From a virus (taxonomy: Duplodnaviria; Heunggongvirae; Uroviricota; Caudoviricetes), in the IMG/VR virus record IMGVR_UViG_3300025853_000035, positions 64,001-128,000 of that record: 64,000 nt of DNA; one strand, written 5' to 3'. Below are positions 32,677 through 45,572 of this stretch, piece by piece. The notes under the pieces were generated by a model. It had not been told where the DNA came from. It searched no databases and was given only the letters and a program-made list of their open reading frames with translations. The translations under genes and the position numbers were made by a program. Position 1 is the first letter of the stretch. Every line of letters starts with the position of its first letter.

Positions 32677-34434
32677 ATGCCAATCTCCCCGAACGAGATC
32701 GTGATCGATCTCGGGCGTGATGCCCGTCTGACCCCGCAAGCCCTCGAAACCTTGAAAGATCGCTATCTCGTCGGCAACGAGACCAGCCCGCAGCAGGCAT
32801 TCGCCCGCGCCGCTGCTGCCTTCGCTGATGACGTTGCCCACGGCCAGCGCATCTATGACTATGTGTCGCGCGGCTGGTTCATGTTCGCCACCCCGCTGCT
32901 GTCGAATGGCGGCACCGAGCGCGGTCTGCCGATCTCCTGCTTCCTGAACTACATGGCTGACAGCCGTGAAGGCATCAACCAGCACTATGAAGAGACCTCG
33001 TGGCTGTCCAGCCTCGGTGGTGGCGTTGGCGGCTATATCGCTGTGCGCGGCGCTGAGCCGACCAGCAAGGGTTCGGCGTCGAGCGGCGGCATCCCCTTCG
33101 TCTGCGTCATCGACCGTTACATGCTGGCCTTCTCGCAGGGCAAGACGCGCCGTGGTTCCTATGCGGCCTATCTGGACATCTCGCACCCGGACATCGACGA
33201 GTTCCTTGAGCTTCGCAAGCCGTCGGGCGGCGATGCCAATCGCAAGGCGCTGAACCTCCACCACGCCGTCAACATCACCGACGAATTCATGGCCGCCTGC
33301 ATCGCGGACGCGGACTGGAATCTGGTCAGCCCGAAGACCGGTAAGACGGTCAAGACCGTTTCGGCGCGCGGCCTGATGCGGAAGATCGTGGACACCCGTC
33401 ACCAGACCGGCGAGCCGTTCATCCTGTTCAAGGACACAGCCAACCGCGCGATGCCCGCGCCGTTGAAGGCCAAGGGCCTCAAAATCCACCACTCGAATCT
33501 TTGCACCGAGATCATGCTGCCGACGGCACAGGATCGCACGGCGGTCTGCTGCTTGTCGTCGGTCAACCTCGCACTCTACGACGAATGGAAGGATCACCCG
33601 ACCTTCATCGAAGACCTGATGCGGATGCTGGACAACACCCTGACCGTGTTCATTCAGCAGGCTCCCAAGGAACTGTGGCGCGCGGTGAAGTCGGCGATCA
33701 ACGAGCGTTCGGTCGGTCTCGGCGCGATGGGCCTGCACACCTATCTCCAGAACAAGGGGATCGCGTGGGGTTCCGATCTGGCGCGCGGCTACAATGTGAT
33801 GATGTTCGAGCATCTGCAAAAGAAGACGAACGCCGCATCGATCAAGCTGGGCGCAGAGCGCGGTGAGGCCCCGGACATGGAAGGCACCGGCGAGCGCTTC
33901 TCGCACAAGATGGCCGTGGCCCCGAACGCCTCGTCGTCGATCTTCCTGAACGTGTCGCCGTCGATCGAGCAATACCCGGAGAACATCTTCATCCACAAGA
34001 CCCTGTCGGGATCGCACAAGGTGAAGAACCCGGCGCTGGAAGCCTTGCTCGAAACCAAAGGCAAGAACACCGACGCCGTCTGGAAGGACATCCTCGCCAA
34101 CGACGGTTCGGTCCAGCATCTGGACTTCCTGTCGGCGATGGAGAAGCTGGTCTTCCTCACCGCGTTCGAGACCAACCAGCTTCTGTCGGTCGAGATGAAC
34201 AACGATCGCACGCCGTTCGTCGATCAGGGCATCTCGTTCAATCTGTCGGTGCCGGCCGAGGTCGATGCCGAATACATGCTGGAACTACACTTCGCCGCAT
34301 GGGCCGGCGGTTCCAAGTCGATGTATTACGTCCGCTCGAAGGCCCCGAACAAGGCCGAGAACATGAACACCAAGGTCGAGCAATTCGAACTGGTTGTTCC
34401 TCAAGACGAAGGATGCCTGAGTTGTGAGGGGTAA
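32677..34434 (+). CDS. nrdA: Ribonucleotide reductase class Ia alpha subunit
   Basis: TPLLSNGG, PISCF, SNLCTEI, CCLSSVNL, VAPNASSS, C-terminal CLSC. Confidence 0.96.
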   Translation: MPISPNEIVIDLGRDARLTPQALETLKDRYLVGNETSPQQAFARAAAAFADDVAHGQRIYDYVSRGWFMFATPLLSNGGTERGLPISCFLNYMADSREGINQHYEETSWLSSLGGGVGGYIAVRGAEPTSKGSASSGGIPFVCVIDRYMLAFSQGKTRRGSYAAYLDISHPDIDEFLELRKPSGGDANRKALNLHHAVNITDEFMAACIADADWNLVSPKTGKTVKTVSARGLMRKIVDTRHQTGEPFILFKDTANRAMPAPLKAKGLKIHHSNLCTEIMLPTAQDRTAVCCLSSVNLALYDEWKDHPTFIEDLMRMLDNTLTVFIQQAPKELWRAVKSAINERSVGLGAMGLHTYLQNKGIAWGSDLARGYNVMMFEHLQKKTNAASIKLGAERGEAPDMEGTGERFSHKMAVAPNASSSIFLNVSPSIEQYPENIFIHKTLSGSHKVKNPALEALLETKGKNTDAVWKDILANDGSVQHLDFLSAMEKLVFLTAFETNQLLSVEMNNDRTPFVDQGISFNLSVPAEVDAEYMLELHFAAWAGGSKSMYYVRSKAPNKAENMNTKVEQFELVVPQDEGCLSCEG

Positions 34435-34479
34435 CCACCCCTCACTTTCCTCACCCATTTACGGCATCCAAGAATAGCT

Positions 34480-34980
34480 ATGCACTTTCAAGGACAGCGC
34501 GGCCTTACCAACGACCAACGGTTTGACGCAAGTTACACAGTTGGTGACGCTTGTTGGGAATGGACCGGGGCGTGCGACAAAGACGGTTACGGAATCTTCT
34601 GGGACGCTGAAAAGCCGGGACGGGTGCGGGCCAATAGGTTCGCCTTGGAACGTATTACCGGGCCGCTTGGTGAGTTACAAGCGTGTCACCAGTGCGATAA
34701 CCCAAAATGTGTCCGGCCCGCCCATCTCTTCGCTGGGACCGGGTCCGACAATATGCACGACAAGGCGTCAAAAGGAAGGACATTAGGGTTCGCTTCGTTG
34801 AAAGGCGAACAACACACTCAAGCTAAACTCTCAGAGGCAGAAGTAGCTCAGATTAAGCGGCGTCTACTCTCAGGGGAAAAACAAAAGACACTGGCGGCGG
34901 AGTTCGGCGTCGGGAGTCCTCTAATTTCACGGATCAATTCAGGAAAGATTTGGAAAGATGTCGCTGCTCAAGCCAAGTAA
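34480..34980 (+). mobile_element. Free-standing HNH homing endonuclease
   Basis: CWEWTG..DGYG, CHQCDNPKCVRPAHL..GT..DN; lower GC than flanks; overlaps the nrdB start. Confidence 0.88.
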
Positions 34981-35983
34981 AGCCTACAAGCCTTTCGCCT
35001 ATCCATGGGCATTTGAAGCCTATGAGGCAATGCAGAAGATGCACTGGTTGCCGAGCGAGGTTCCGTTGCAGGAAGATGTTCATGACTGGAACGTCAAGCT
35101 GAACGATAAGGAGCGCAACCTCCTGACGCAGCTTTTCCGCTTCTTCACCAAGGGTGACGAAGACATCCTGCACGGCTACAACGACCTCTATATCCCGATG
35201 TTCAAGCCGACCGAGGTCCGCATGATGCTGTCATGCTTCGCGACGGCTGAGTGCAACCACGTCCACTCCTACTCGCAGTTGATCGACACGGTCGGTATGC
35301 CGGAGTCGGACTATGCCGCTTTCGCTGAATATGAAGCGATGTCGGCGAAGCACGAATATATGTTCGCGGACCACTCGGTGAAGGCCGACGGCACCAAGTT
35401 CACCAAGCTGGAGCAGGCCGCGCTCAACCTCGCGATCTTCTCCGCGTTCGGGGAGGGGATGCAGCTTTTCTCCAGCTTCGCAGTGCTGCTGTCGTTCAAG
35501 CGCCGGGGACTGATGAAAGGCATGTCCACGATCGTCGAGTGGTCGCTGCGCGATGAATCGCTCCACGTCGAGGCGATGATCAAGCTGTTCCACACGCTGA
35601 TCAAGGAAAACCCGAAGCTGTGGACCGACGACCTCAAGACCGCGATCCGCAACATCGCGAAACAAATGGTCGGCCTCGAAGACAAATTCATCGACCTGAT
35701 GTTCGCCATGGGCGAGATCGATGGTATCACTGCCGATGATACCAAGAAATATATCCGCTACACGGCGGATCGTCGCATGATTCAGTTGGGCCTCAAGCCG
35801 ATCTACCGGCAGAAGGAAAATCCGTTCGAGTGGATCGACGAGATGATGGTCGCCCACACCCACACCAATTTCTTCGAGGGCCGGGCGACCGAATACTCGA
35901 AGGGCGGTATCACCGGATGGGACAAGACGCCGTGGGGCTTCATTTCGAAGCTGAAACAGTTCATTGCTGGAGAAACAAAATGA
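34958..35983 (+). CDS. nrdB: Ribonucleotide reductase class Ia beta subunit
   Basis: HWLPSEV, ECNHVHSY, FGEGMQLFSSF, RDESLH, TNFFEGRATEY. Confidence 0.96.
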   Translation: MSLLKPSKAYKPFAYPWAFEAYEAMQKMHWLPSEVPLQEDVHDWNVKLNDKERNLLTQLFRFFTKGDEDILHGYNDLYIPMFKPTEVRMMLSCFATAECNHVHSYSQLIDTVGMPESDYAAFAEYEAMSAKHEYMFADHSVKADGTKFTKLEQAALNLAIFSAFGEGMQLFSSFAVLLSFKRRGLMKGMSTIVEWSLRDESLHVEAMIKLFHTLIKENPKLWTDDLKTAIRNIAKQMVGLEDKFIDLMFAMGEIDGITADDTKKYIRYTADRRMIQLGLKPIYRQKENPFEWIDEMMVAHTHTNFFEGRATEYSKGGITGWDKTPWGFISKLKQFIAGETK

Positions 35984-36243
35984 AGGACATCGTCGTCTAC
36001 TCCAAGGAAGGGTGTCCCTTCTGCTCCCTCCTGAAAGCCGAGCTTCGCAAGCGCGGGCTTGCTTATCAGGAATTTGACCTGACTGACGACGCCACGCGGC
36101 AAGAATTTTACGCGAACACGAATACGAACAGCGTGCCGCAACTTTTTCTCGCCGAGGGCGTTTGCGGCTTGACCGCACCTACAGGGACTCGTATCGGGGG
36201 CTGGACAGAGGTGTCACAAAACTGGACGGTCTTCGAGTCGTAG
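35980..36243 (+). CDS. Glutaredoxin
   Basis: CPFC, SVPQLF, IGG; follows nrdB. Confidence 0.92.
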   Translation: MKDIVVYSKEGCPFCSLLKAELRKRGLAYQEFDLTDDATRQEFYANTNTNSVPQLFLAEGVCGLTAPTGTRIGGWTEVSQNWTVFES

Positions 36244-36382
36244 GTTACTGCAACCCCTCAAATATGTCCTGTTGTGAGAATGGCGGTCGCGCAATCAATA
36301 TGCGCGGGCCGCTATTTTCGCTTGACACTGTTTTGGTTTTGCCTGAATTTGTGTTCACCGAAACGAATCAGGAGGACATCAA

Positions 36383-37180
36383 ATGACGACGGTGAAGGAA
36401 CGCGCCAAGCTTAGCATTGCGACCGATAAGAATGCACCCGGAAAGGGTGTCATATCGGTTCAAACCATGCCGGACGCACCGGCCCCGCCGAAGCAGGCGG
36501 TCAAGAGCAGCCACCTCGCGCGGCGCTCGGATTTGATCGGCTCCGACATCGGCCTCGATCTTTCCACCCTTGGCGGCCGACTGGCTTATGCCCGTCTCAA
36601 GGAAGAAGTGACTCAGGAAACGCTCGCCGAGGCGATCGACAAGGTCCGGGGCACGATCAACGCCTACGAGGCGAACACCATCAAGCCGCCGATCGCTGTC
36701 GTCGAGATTCTGGCCAAGGTGCTCAAGGTCTCCCCATCCTTTCTCGCCTTTGGTGAGCATGGCGTGAAGGCCGCGCCGAATGGCAACGCGGCCGAGAACA
36801 CGGTCAGCGTCGAAGAGGTCACGTTCGGCCGGGACGGTCGTTTCGTGAGCGGTGCCTTCGCCATGCCGCGCACGCTCGCTCAGAGCTTCGTTGCCGAAGT
36901 CCGCGATCTCAAGATTTTCGTGCTGGACCACGATGCCCCGGCATTCAACCTGCGGGCAGGTGCCCGTATTTTCGCTGACACCAGCGCGGATGCGATCTCG
37001 CCCAGCCACGATACCTATCTGATCGAGGTCATCGGCGGCATGGAAATCGTCCGGGCGCACGCCGGCCTGACGAAGTCGGCGACGATCGAGCTTGAGGACT
37101 CGCGGGGCAAGCGCTCCAACGTCCAGCTTTCCAAGCTCAAGGTGCTCGGCGCGGTGGTCTCCACCCTCAACCACAATTAA
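36383..37180 (+). CDS. XRE-family HTH transcriptional regulator
   Basis: LGGRLAYARL..VTQETLA...INAYE...PP...LAKVLKVSPSFLAFG. Confidence 0.88.
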   Translation: MTTVKERAKLSIATDKNAPGKGVISVQTMPDAPAPPKQAVKSSHLARRSDLIGSDIGLDLSTLGGRLAYARLKEEVTQETLAEAIDKVRGTINAYEANTIKPPIAVVEILAKVLKVSPSFLAFGEHGVKAAPNGNAAENTVSVEEVTFGRDGRFVSGAFAMPRTLAQSFVAEVRDLKIFVLDHDAPAFNLRAGARIFADTSADAISPSHDTYLIEVIGGMEIVRAHAGLTKSATIELEDSRGKRSNVQLSKLKVLGAVVSTLNHN

Positions 37181-37203
37181 GCCTCTTGGCGTTTCGGTAA
37201 AAT

Positions 37204-37236
37204 AAAAGCCCGGCGAGATCGCCGGGCTTTCTTTTT
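37204..37236. terminator. Bidirectional intrinsic terminator between convergent blocks
   Basis: AAAAGCCCGGCG AGAT CGCCGGGCTTTCTTTTT. Confidence 0.85.
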
Positions 37237-37495
37237 ACTCGAATGGCCACTGCGTGAAATCCCGCTTTGGCGGAGCCTTGGGTCGCAAGGCTTCTACCGG
37301 GAACGGACGTGGCTCGAACAGCGTGTCGGATGTATCTACGGTGAGCGGCGTGAGCGGGTGATCCTCGCCATACCATTCGTTGGCATTCTCGGCCCACGCG
37401 TAGGCTTCATCCTTGTCCATGAAAACGGCCATGACCATCATGATCATGCCGTCTACCTTCCGTTTCTTAACGACTGGATAACAGCGCGGGATCAC
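37235..37495 (-). CDS. Hypothetical protein
   Basis: Coupled chain of small genes. Confidence 0.55.
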   Translation of the reverse strand: MIPRCYPVVKKRKVDGMIMMVMAVFMDKDEAYAWAENANEWYGEDHPLTPLTVDTSDTLFEPRPFPVEALRPKAPPKRDFTQWPFE

Positions 37496-37875
37496 TGCGT
37501 CTTCACCGGCGTCAGGAGAATGTCACAGCCTTGCTTGGCGAAGGTCCACTGGCCTTCGAAGGCACCGTCGCCTACCTTCATCCGGCCGGCCTGAACCAGC
37601 ATGAGGAGATCGGTGGCGCTTCGCACGCCCATCAGATATTTCACATCCGGCGCGTCCTTGAAGTAACCATGGAACTTCGCGGCCGATTGTCCGCGCGACA
37701 TGGTTTCGATGACGAACGCACCTTCGAGAATGACGTTGCGTCCCAACTCCATGTTGGCTCCCTTGGCTCGCCACGAGCCGTTCACATAGCCGGTGAAGAA
37801 ATGGTCCGGGCGGTCGTTGTGAGCGGCCACGCCCCATGCCGCGCCTTTGACGGGCACGTCCTTGATATGCTTCAT
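37492..37875 (-). CDS. Hypothetical protein
   Basis: AAGGA RBS. Confidence 0.7.
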   Translation of the reverse strand: MKHIKDVPVKGAAWGVAAHNDRPDHFFTGYVNGSWRAKGANMELGRNVILEGAFVIETMSRGQSAAKFHGYFKDAPDVKYLMGVRSATDLLMLVQAGRMKVGDGAFEGQWTFAKQGCDILLTPVKTQ

Positions 37876-37884
37876 TGTGGTTCC

Positions 37885-38190
37885 TTAGATGGAGTGAGCT
37901 TCGAACTCGTAAGGCAGGCCGCGATAGGTCCGCTCGATCTTGACGCCCTTGGATCGGACGATGGCAGTCATCGTCTCCCAGCTTGACAGGCTCAGGCGCA
38001 TCGGATTGCCCGTCTCAGCGTGCAGGAAGGTCAATCCGACGGCTTCCCACCGGTAGCAGTCCTGTGACCGCCAGAAGCCCTCAGCAGGCTCCAGATCGTC
38101 TCCAGTGAATGGGACCATATCGATGCCCATGGCAGCAAGCTCGGCCGCGATCATCTGGGCCAGTTTCTCGCGGGTGGTGAGGCGGGTCAA
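37885..38190 (-). CDS. Hypothetical protein
   Basis: TTG start coupled to the upstream stop. Confidence 0.6.
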   Translation of the reverse strand: MTRLTTREKLAQMIAAELAAMGIDMVPFTGDDLEPAEGFWRSQDCYRWEAVGLTFLHAETGNPMRLSLSSWETMTAIVRSKGVKIERTYRGLPYEFEAHSI

Positions 38191-38627
38191 ATGAACGTCA
38201 CCCCATCCAGCATCTCCTCTACCATCTTCGTGAACGCCAAGGCGTGGCTGCGCTTGGCGAAGAAGATGGAAGGACTGGAATCTCGCCCGCAAAGCGGCGG
38301 AGGCTGGACGCCCCAGCCGGGAGCATTCTCGTTCAGCCAGTAGGTGACATAAGTGCTGGGCTTTCGGTGGGTTACATGGATCGGCAGCATGATCGTCTCG
38401 CCATCCATCTCGTATGGCTTCTCGACCACTTCTTCCCATTCGTCCCAGATGAACTGCTCGGCCATGGACTGGATGTTACCATGGGCCGTGCTGTGGTCGG
38501 GGAAATAGAGGCCCTGTGCCCAGACCACCGCGTTGAACTCGTGCAATGCCTTCTCTTCATCACGGAAGAAGAAGACGTTACCGGAGCCAAGGATGAGTCC
38601 GTGCTTCTTATCGACGTATCTGCTCAT
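38187..38627 (-). CDS. Hypothetical protein
   Basis: Coupled ORF. Confidence 0.65.
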   Translation of the reverse strand: MSRYVDKKHGLILGSGNVFFFRDEEKALHEFNAVVWAQGLYFPDHSTAHGNIQSMAEQFIWDEWEEVVEKPYEMDGETIMLPIHVTHRKPSTYVTYWLNENAPGWGVQPPPLCGRDSSPSIFFAKRSHALAFTKMVEEMLDGVTFI

Positions 38628-38851
38628 GCAGTGGTCCTATCAAATCGCTCGTAATAATAACCGTCCACGATCTTTCCGCCCTCTTCGCAGGTGCCATTAT
38701 CGATCGCGGTGAAGCCGTCAGCAGAGATGCCGAGACAGGTGTATATTTCGCCATGGCGAATCCCGTGTTCTTCATCCCACGGATGCCACTCATCGACGAC
38801 CACAACCCTGTCACCGGCGGTATAGTGCCTCACTTCGTGGTAGGCGCGCAT
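38624..38851 (-). CDS. Hypothetical protein
   Basis: Coupled ORF. Confidence 0.6.
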   Translation of the reverse strand: MRAYHEVRHYTAGDRVVVVDEWHPWDEEHGIRHGEIYTCLGISADGFTAIDNGTCEEGGKIVDGYYYERFDRTTA

Positions 38852-39054
38852 CAGGTGCGGTCCTCCTCGCCGGGATCGTCGTGCCGGGCGATCGACAGGC
38901 GGCTCTCATCACTGCGGACGAGAAACACCCACTCGCCATCCTTCCACTCGTCCAGATAATACCAGAGCGGTTCCATGCAGCGGATGTAGGTGATCGCACC
39001 TGCCAATGTGTTGAACCGGCGAGGCCACCGCGCTTGCAGATGCACCCGATACAT
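38851..39054 (-). CDS. Hypothetical protein
   Basis: TGATG coupling at both ends. Confidence 0.6.
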   Translation of the reverse strand: MYRVHLQARWPRRFNTLAGAITYIRCMEPLWYYLDEWKDGEWVFLVRSDESRLSIARHDDPGEEDRT

Positions 39055-39238
39055 CAGGTGTTCCTCAAGATGTGGATTTGCGTGGCGGTCCACTTGCTTT
39101 CGAGCCAGTCCGCGTGCTTCTCCGCCTCCTCGAACGTATCGAACGGGGCGATGATCCACTTCGGACCAACCCGGAAAATCACGAGATACCCGCCTTCGAC
39201 ATCGAAGGAGATGTTGCTGATCGGAATCTTCACGGCCA

Positions 39239-39239
<1 letters not shown>
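39054..39239 (-). CDS. Hypothetical protein
   Basis: TGATG coupling at both ends. Confidence 0.6.
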
Positions 39240-42303
<3,064 letters not shown>

Positions 42304-42311
42304 GTCGGGGA

Positions 42312-42620
42312 TCAGTCCTTCTTGGCTTTCTTGTTCATTTCGGTGACCACCTCATTGAAGACCTCGACCTTCATTCGGGCACGGGCGAGCTTCTGGCGGC
42401 AGTCTTCCCCGGCTTCGTCAATATCGACGATCCGGTCGTTGACCTGTTCAACGGTGGCGGTGGCCGGCAACTGCCCACGGGGGCGGTTGAGGCATTCGAG
42501 TTCAGCCGACTGGAACTGAGGTGTCAGGAACCCCAGCCGGCTGGTCCCGGAGGGATTGCAGGCGGTCAAGCTCATTGAGAGTATCAATGATAAGGCGAGG
42601 GGCTTGAGCGTTGCGCTCAT
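42312..42620 (-). CDS. Outer-membrane spanin (Rz1-like lipoprotein)
   Basis: Signal peptide with lipobox LTAC; overlaps the i-spanin 3' end in another frame. Confidence 0.78.
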   Translation of the reverse strand: MSATLKPLALSLILSMSLTACNPSGTSRLGFLTPQFQSAELECLNRPRGQLPATATVEQVNDRIVDIDEAGEDCRQKLARARMKVEVFNEVVTEMNKKAKKD

Positions 42621-42930
42621 CGGCTGGCGCGGCTGCTGCTTGGTTGCGGACATTGGTGTAATCCTTGATCGTCTGCTCGCGCTTGATGATGTATTGCGTC
42701 TCGATCGGAGCGGTGCGCGCCTCCACCTCCTCCTTGGCCTCATGCGACTGGATCGTCGCAGCGGTGTCGGCTCCCTTCACCGCCGTCGCGACCGCCTCGT
42801 CCTTGCTCTGGTCGAGATACCAGTAGGTTCCGCCTGCCACTGAGATCAGCAGCAGGACGGCCCAGAACCATTTCGAGGAGAAGAAGCTCTTGAGCTTCGC
42901 GCCGAGAGAGACGGCGGTGATCGGGTCCAT
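42502..42930 (-). CDS. Inner-membrane spanin (Rz-like)
   Basis: N-terminal TM helix plus coiled coil, directly after the endolysin. Confidence 0.78.
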   Translation of the reverse strand: MDPITAVSLGAKLKSFFSSKWFWAVLLLISVAGGTYWYLDQSKDEAVATAVKGADTAATIQSHEAKEEVEARTAPIETQYIIKREQTIKDYTNVRNQAAAAPADERNAQAPRLIIDTLNELDRLQSLRDQPAGVPDTSVPVG

Positions 42931-42933
42931 GGC

Positions 42934-43773
42934 TTACCCCTTCTTGAGGTATTGGTCGGAGAGGTAGCCCTGCTGGCCCGGTGCGTATTCCACGAGGCTC
43001 CAGACGCCCAAGTCCTCGATCACGACCACCTCCGATCCGCCGCTCAGCACCGCCAAGACCATCGCGTCCGAGCGCGGGGACTGGCGGACATTGAGCTTGG
43101 GGACGTTCACGAGGAAGCGGCTGACGGCCGGCTTTGCACCGTCCGAGCGATCGTCCGAGGCGGCGTTGATGACCGCCTTGAAACGGCCCATCGGGAACGC
43201 TGGACCGGGGTCGGTCTTCCACTGCCGGGTGTCCACATCTTCGTGGCCGGCGATGAGGGTGAGGCCGTAGGCTTCCTTGATGGCCTCCAACGCAGCGAGG
43301 CCGGCTTCGATCTGGGCATCGGTGTAGCCCGGCCAGATGAAGGTGCCGCCGCCGATCTTCTTGTTGGCGGCCCGGACCGACAGGTCATACAGGGCGAGGC
43401 GCGCGGCAGGGACGGCGCTCTTGCCTTCCCAATCCATGATGGTCTTGCCGTCCTTGCCGATGCGGAAGTAGCCCGGATTCACGAACTCGAAGCCGATGGT
43501 GAAATTGTTGCAGCCGCTGCGGCCGGCCAGCTTCGACGGCCCGGCGTGCCATGCGATACGGTTGAACGGGACAAGCTGGGTGATAGTGCCATCGGTGTCG
43601 ATGACCAGATGCGCCGACACCTTGGCCGCCGGATTACACAGGGTCTTGATGGCGCTGTCCGCCGTGTAGCCGGCGGTGTAGTGCATGATCGCCCCGGTCG
43701 GAGTCATGAAGCCGGAGACGTTCGGCGAACGCACGACTTCAACCCCTTCGAGGAGGTGGTTGACAACTTTCAT
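42934..43773 (-). CDS. Endolysin: N-acetylmuramoyl-L-alanine amidase with C-terminal SH3b domain
   Basis: MHYTAG, SAHLVI, AWHAG, IGFEF, GHED, KTDPG; LNVRQSP. Confidence 0.92.
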   Translation of the reverse strand: MKVVNHLLEGVEVVRSPNVSGFMTPTGAIMHYTAGYTADSAIKTLCNPAAKVSAHLVIDTDGTITQLVPFNRIAWHAGPSKLAGRSGCNNFTIGFEFVNPGYFRIGKDGKTIMDWEGKSAVPAARLALYDLSVRAANKKIGGGTFIWPGYTDAQIEAGLAALEAIKEAYGLTLIAGHEDVDTRQWKTDPGPAFPMGRFKAVINAASDDRSDGAKPAVSRFLVNVPKLNVRQSPRSDAMVLAVLSGGSEVVVIEDLGVWSLVEYAPGQQGYLSDQYLKKG

Positions 43774-43787
43774 TGATTTTCCTTGTG

Positions 43788-45311
43788 TTAGGCCGGGAGG
43801 ACCTTGACCGTCGCGATCAGGCCCTTGGCTCCCGTGCCGGCGGCGTCGATGTCGAACAGGATGATGTCGCCCTTGGTCAGAGCGGTCGTGCCGAGCGCGG
43901 CGAGCGTCCCGGTAAGGTTGGTGGTTTCGGTCGCGTCGATCGACGGGTTGGTGGTGAAGAGATCGACACCGCCCAGCCGGGCAGCGACAGTGACCGCGCC
44001 CACGGACGATACCGCTCCGGCGAGCGCCGTGAAGACCTCGACCAGCGTGCAGTCATAGGGAACCACCCACGCCGCTTTGCCGTCGCCTGTCGTCAGGTCC
44101 GTGACCATGTCCGAGAGGTTGATCTGGTAGGGGTAGGAAGTCAGGGAAGGGACGGACAGACCATTGACCGTGAAGGTCGTCGGAGCGCCAGCGACATCCC
44201 ACTCGGCCGTCCGCTGCCCCAGCGCGATCCAGTTACCATCGACATAGGCTTCGATGATGAACTGCGTCGGGGAGAAGCCGGGGAAGCCGTTGATGGGCCA
44301 CAGGCGAACGGAGCGGACCACTTCGGGATCGTCGAACGTATATTCGACCCACGAGTCAGCGACGTTACCTTCTTCGGAATACCATCCCATCCCTTCGGCC
44401 GTGTCGCCGTCGAACGCATAGGCAGGCTCCCGGCCGGTGTCGTAGCTCGACGAGGAGGCGACGCCGGTTCCGGTCAGGTTGATCCCATCCACGTCGCGGA
44501 AGGCGATCTCGCCCCAACCGATCTTGGTTTCGGTGCCGCCCACGATCGTGCGGACGCGCCAGCGGGTCGAGGATGCGTAGGTGACCACCTCGGCGGCCGG
44601 TGGGTCGATGAATTCGAGCGCGTCTTCGTCACCGTTGACCGCGACCAGCTTACCGCCCGATCCGGCGAAGCTGTTGGGCGCGTCGTTCAGTTCGGTGAAG
44701 GCGACAGCGTAGGTCGGCGTGATCCACTCGATACCGTTCTCGGTTGCGTTGACCACCAGAAACTGCCCGGCTTTGTCCGCATAGGACGGGAAGACCGGTG
44801 CGTCGATGAACACCAGCGCATTTTCTTCGGTGTTAGCGGCGAGCAGCTTGCCAGCCATCCCGGCATAGCTGCCGGGAGAGTCCGACAGGGCCATGAAGGA
44901 CAGCGTCGTCGAAGCTTCCGCACCCACGAACATGTCAACGCCGTTGCTGGCGAAGATCAGGCGTGATTGGTTGTTGGGGATGACCACCGCACCGCCGGTG
45001 CCTGTGCCGAATTTGACTGTGAGGGCGAAGCCGGACTCGTTGCGGACCACGAAGCAGCGGTTGAGTGCGAGGCCGTTGACCTCAGCCGGGAAGCGTAGTT
45101 CGCAGGCGGCCGAGGCTGCGGTTGTTTTGAAGATCATGTTGCGGGTCGCCTGAGCCGCTGACAGGGTGTAGGCGTTACCCGATGCCATCGAGACCGACAG
45201 GACGGCATTCGTCGCCGCCTCCAACGCGAGGATCGCGTCGTTGATGGTCACTTCTTTCTGATTTTGGGCGATGGAGACTTGGGTGATACCCAGAATCGGC
45301 GTGGTCGGCAT
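43788..45311 (-). CDS. Tail fibre/adhesin, short paralog
   Basis: N-terminal ~380 aa homologous to the 48158-51748 protein; discoidin-like domain. Confidence 0.78.
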   Translation of the reverse strand: MPTTPILGITQVSIAQNQKEVTINDAILALEAATNAVLSVSMASGNAYTLSAAQATRNMIFKTTAASAACELRFPAEVNGLALNRCFVVRNESGFALTVKFGTGTGGAVVIPNNQSRLIFASNGVDMFVGAEASTTLSFMALSDSPGSYAGMAGKLLAANTEENALVFIDAPVFPSYADKAGQFLVVNATENGIEWITPTYAVAFTELNDAPNSFAGSGGKLVAVNGDEDALEFIDPPAAEVVTYASSTRWRVRTIVGGTETKIGWGEIAFRDVDGINLTGTGVASSSSYDTGREPAYAFDGDTAEGMGWYSEEGNVADSWVEYTFDDPEVVRSVRLWPINGFPGFSPTQFIIEAYVDGNWIALGQRTAEWDVAGAPTTFTVNGLSVPSLTSYPYQINLSDMVTDLTTGDGKAAWVVPYDCTLVEVFTALAGAVSSVGAVTVAARLGGVDLFTTNPSIDATETTNLTGTLAALGTTALTKGDIILFDIDAAGTGAKGLIATVKVLPA

Positions 45312-45354
45312 AGTATCCTCGATTGGCCGATAGTCTATTGAAACTGTCGGTGAA

Positions 45355-45374
45355 TGTCAAGTCAGAATGTCGGA
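45355..45374 (-). promoter_or_regulatory. Conserved promoter element
   Basis: TCCGACATTCTGACTTGACA followed by CACCGACAGTTT. Confidence 0.72.
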
Positions 45375-45404
45375 GGCGCGGGCGGAACCACGCCTCCTGA
45401 CAGA

Positions 45405-45572
45405 CTAGGTGATGATGAAGAACTGGACCCGGCGGGGGTCGAAGGAAATTCCGCCGCCGGTATCATCTTCGGTCGTCATCTCGAACACAACGTCCGGGGT
45501 TACCGGCGGTGTGTAAGGTGTCGTGGTGAAGTTGAAGATGATGTTCGGGGTTTCAGGCGGATCGTATGCCAT
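45405..45572 (-). CDS. Small virion-associated protein (55 aa, MAYDPPETPNIIFNF...)
   Basis: Hand-translated; TAATG coupling. Confidence 0.65.
   Translation of the reverse strand: MAYDPPETPNIIFNFTTTPYTPPVTPDVVFEMTTEDDTGGGISFDPRRVQFFIIT

Noticed and set aside
42934-43790. Holin gene next to the endolysin
   Set aside because: No small multi-TM ORF adjacent to the endolysin and spanins; the small membrane ORFs elsewhere cannot be assigned as holins from sequence alone.
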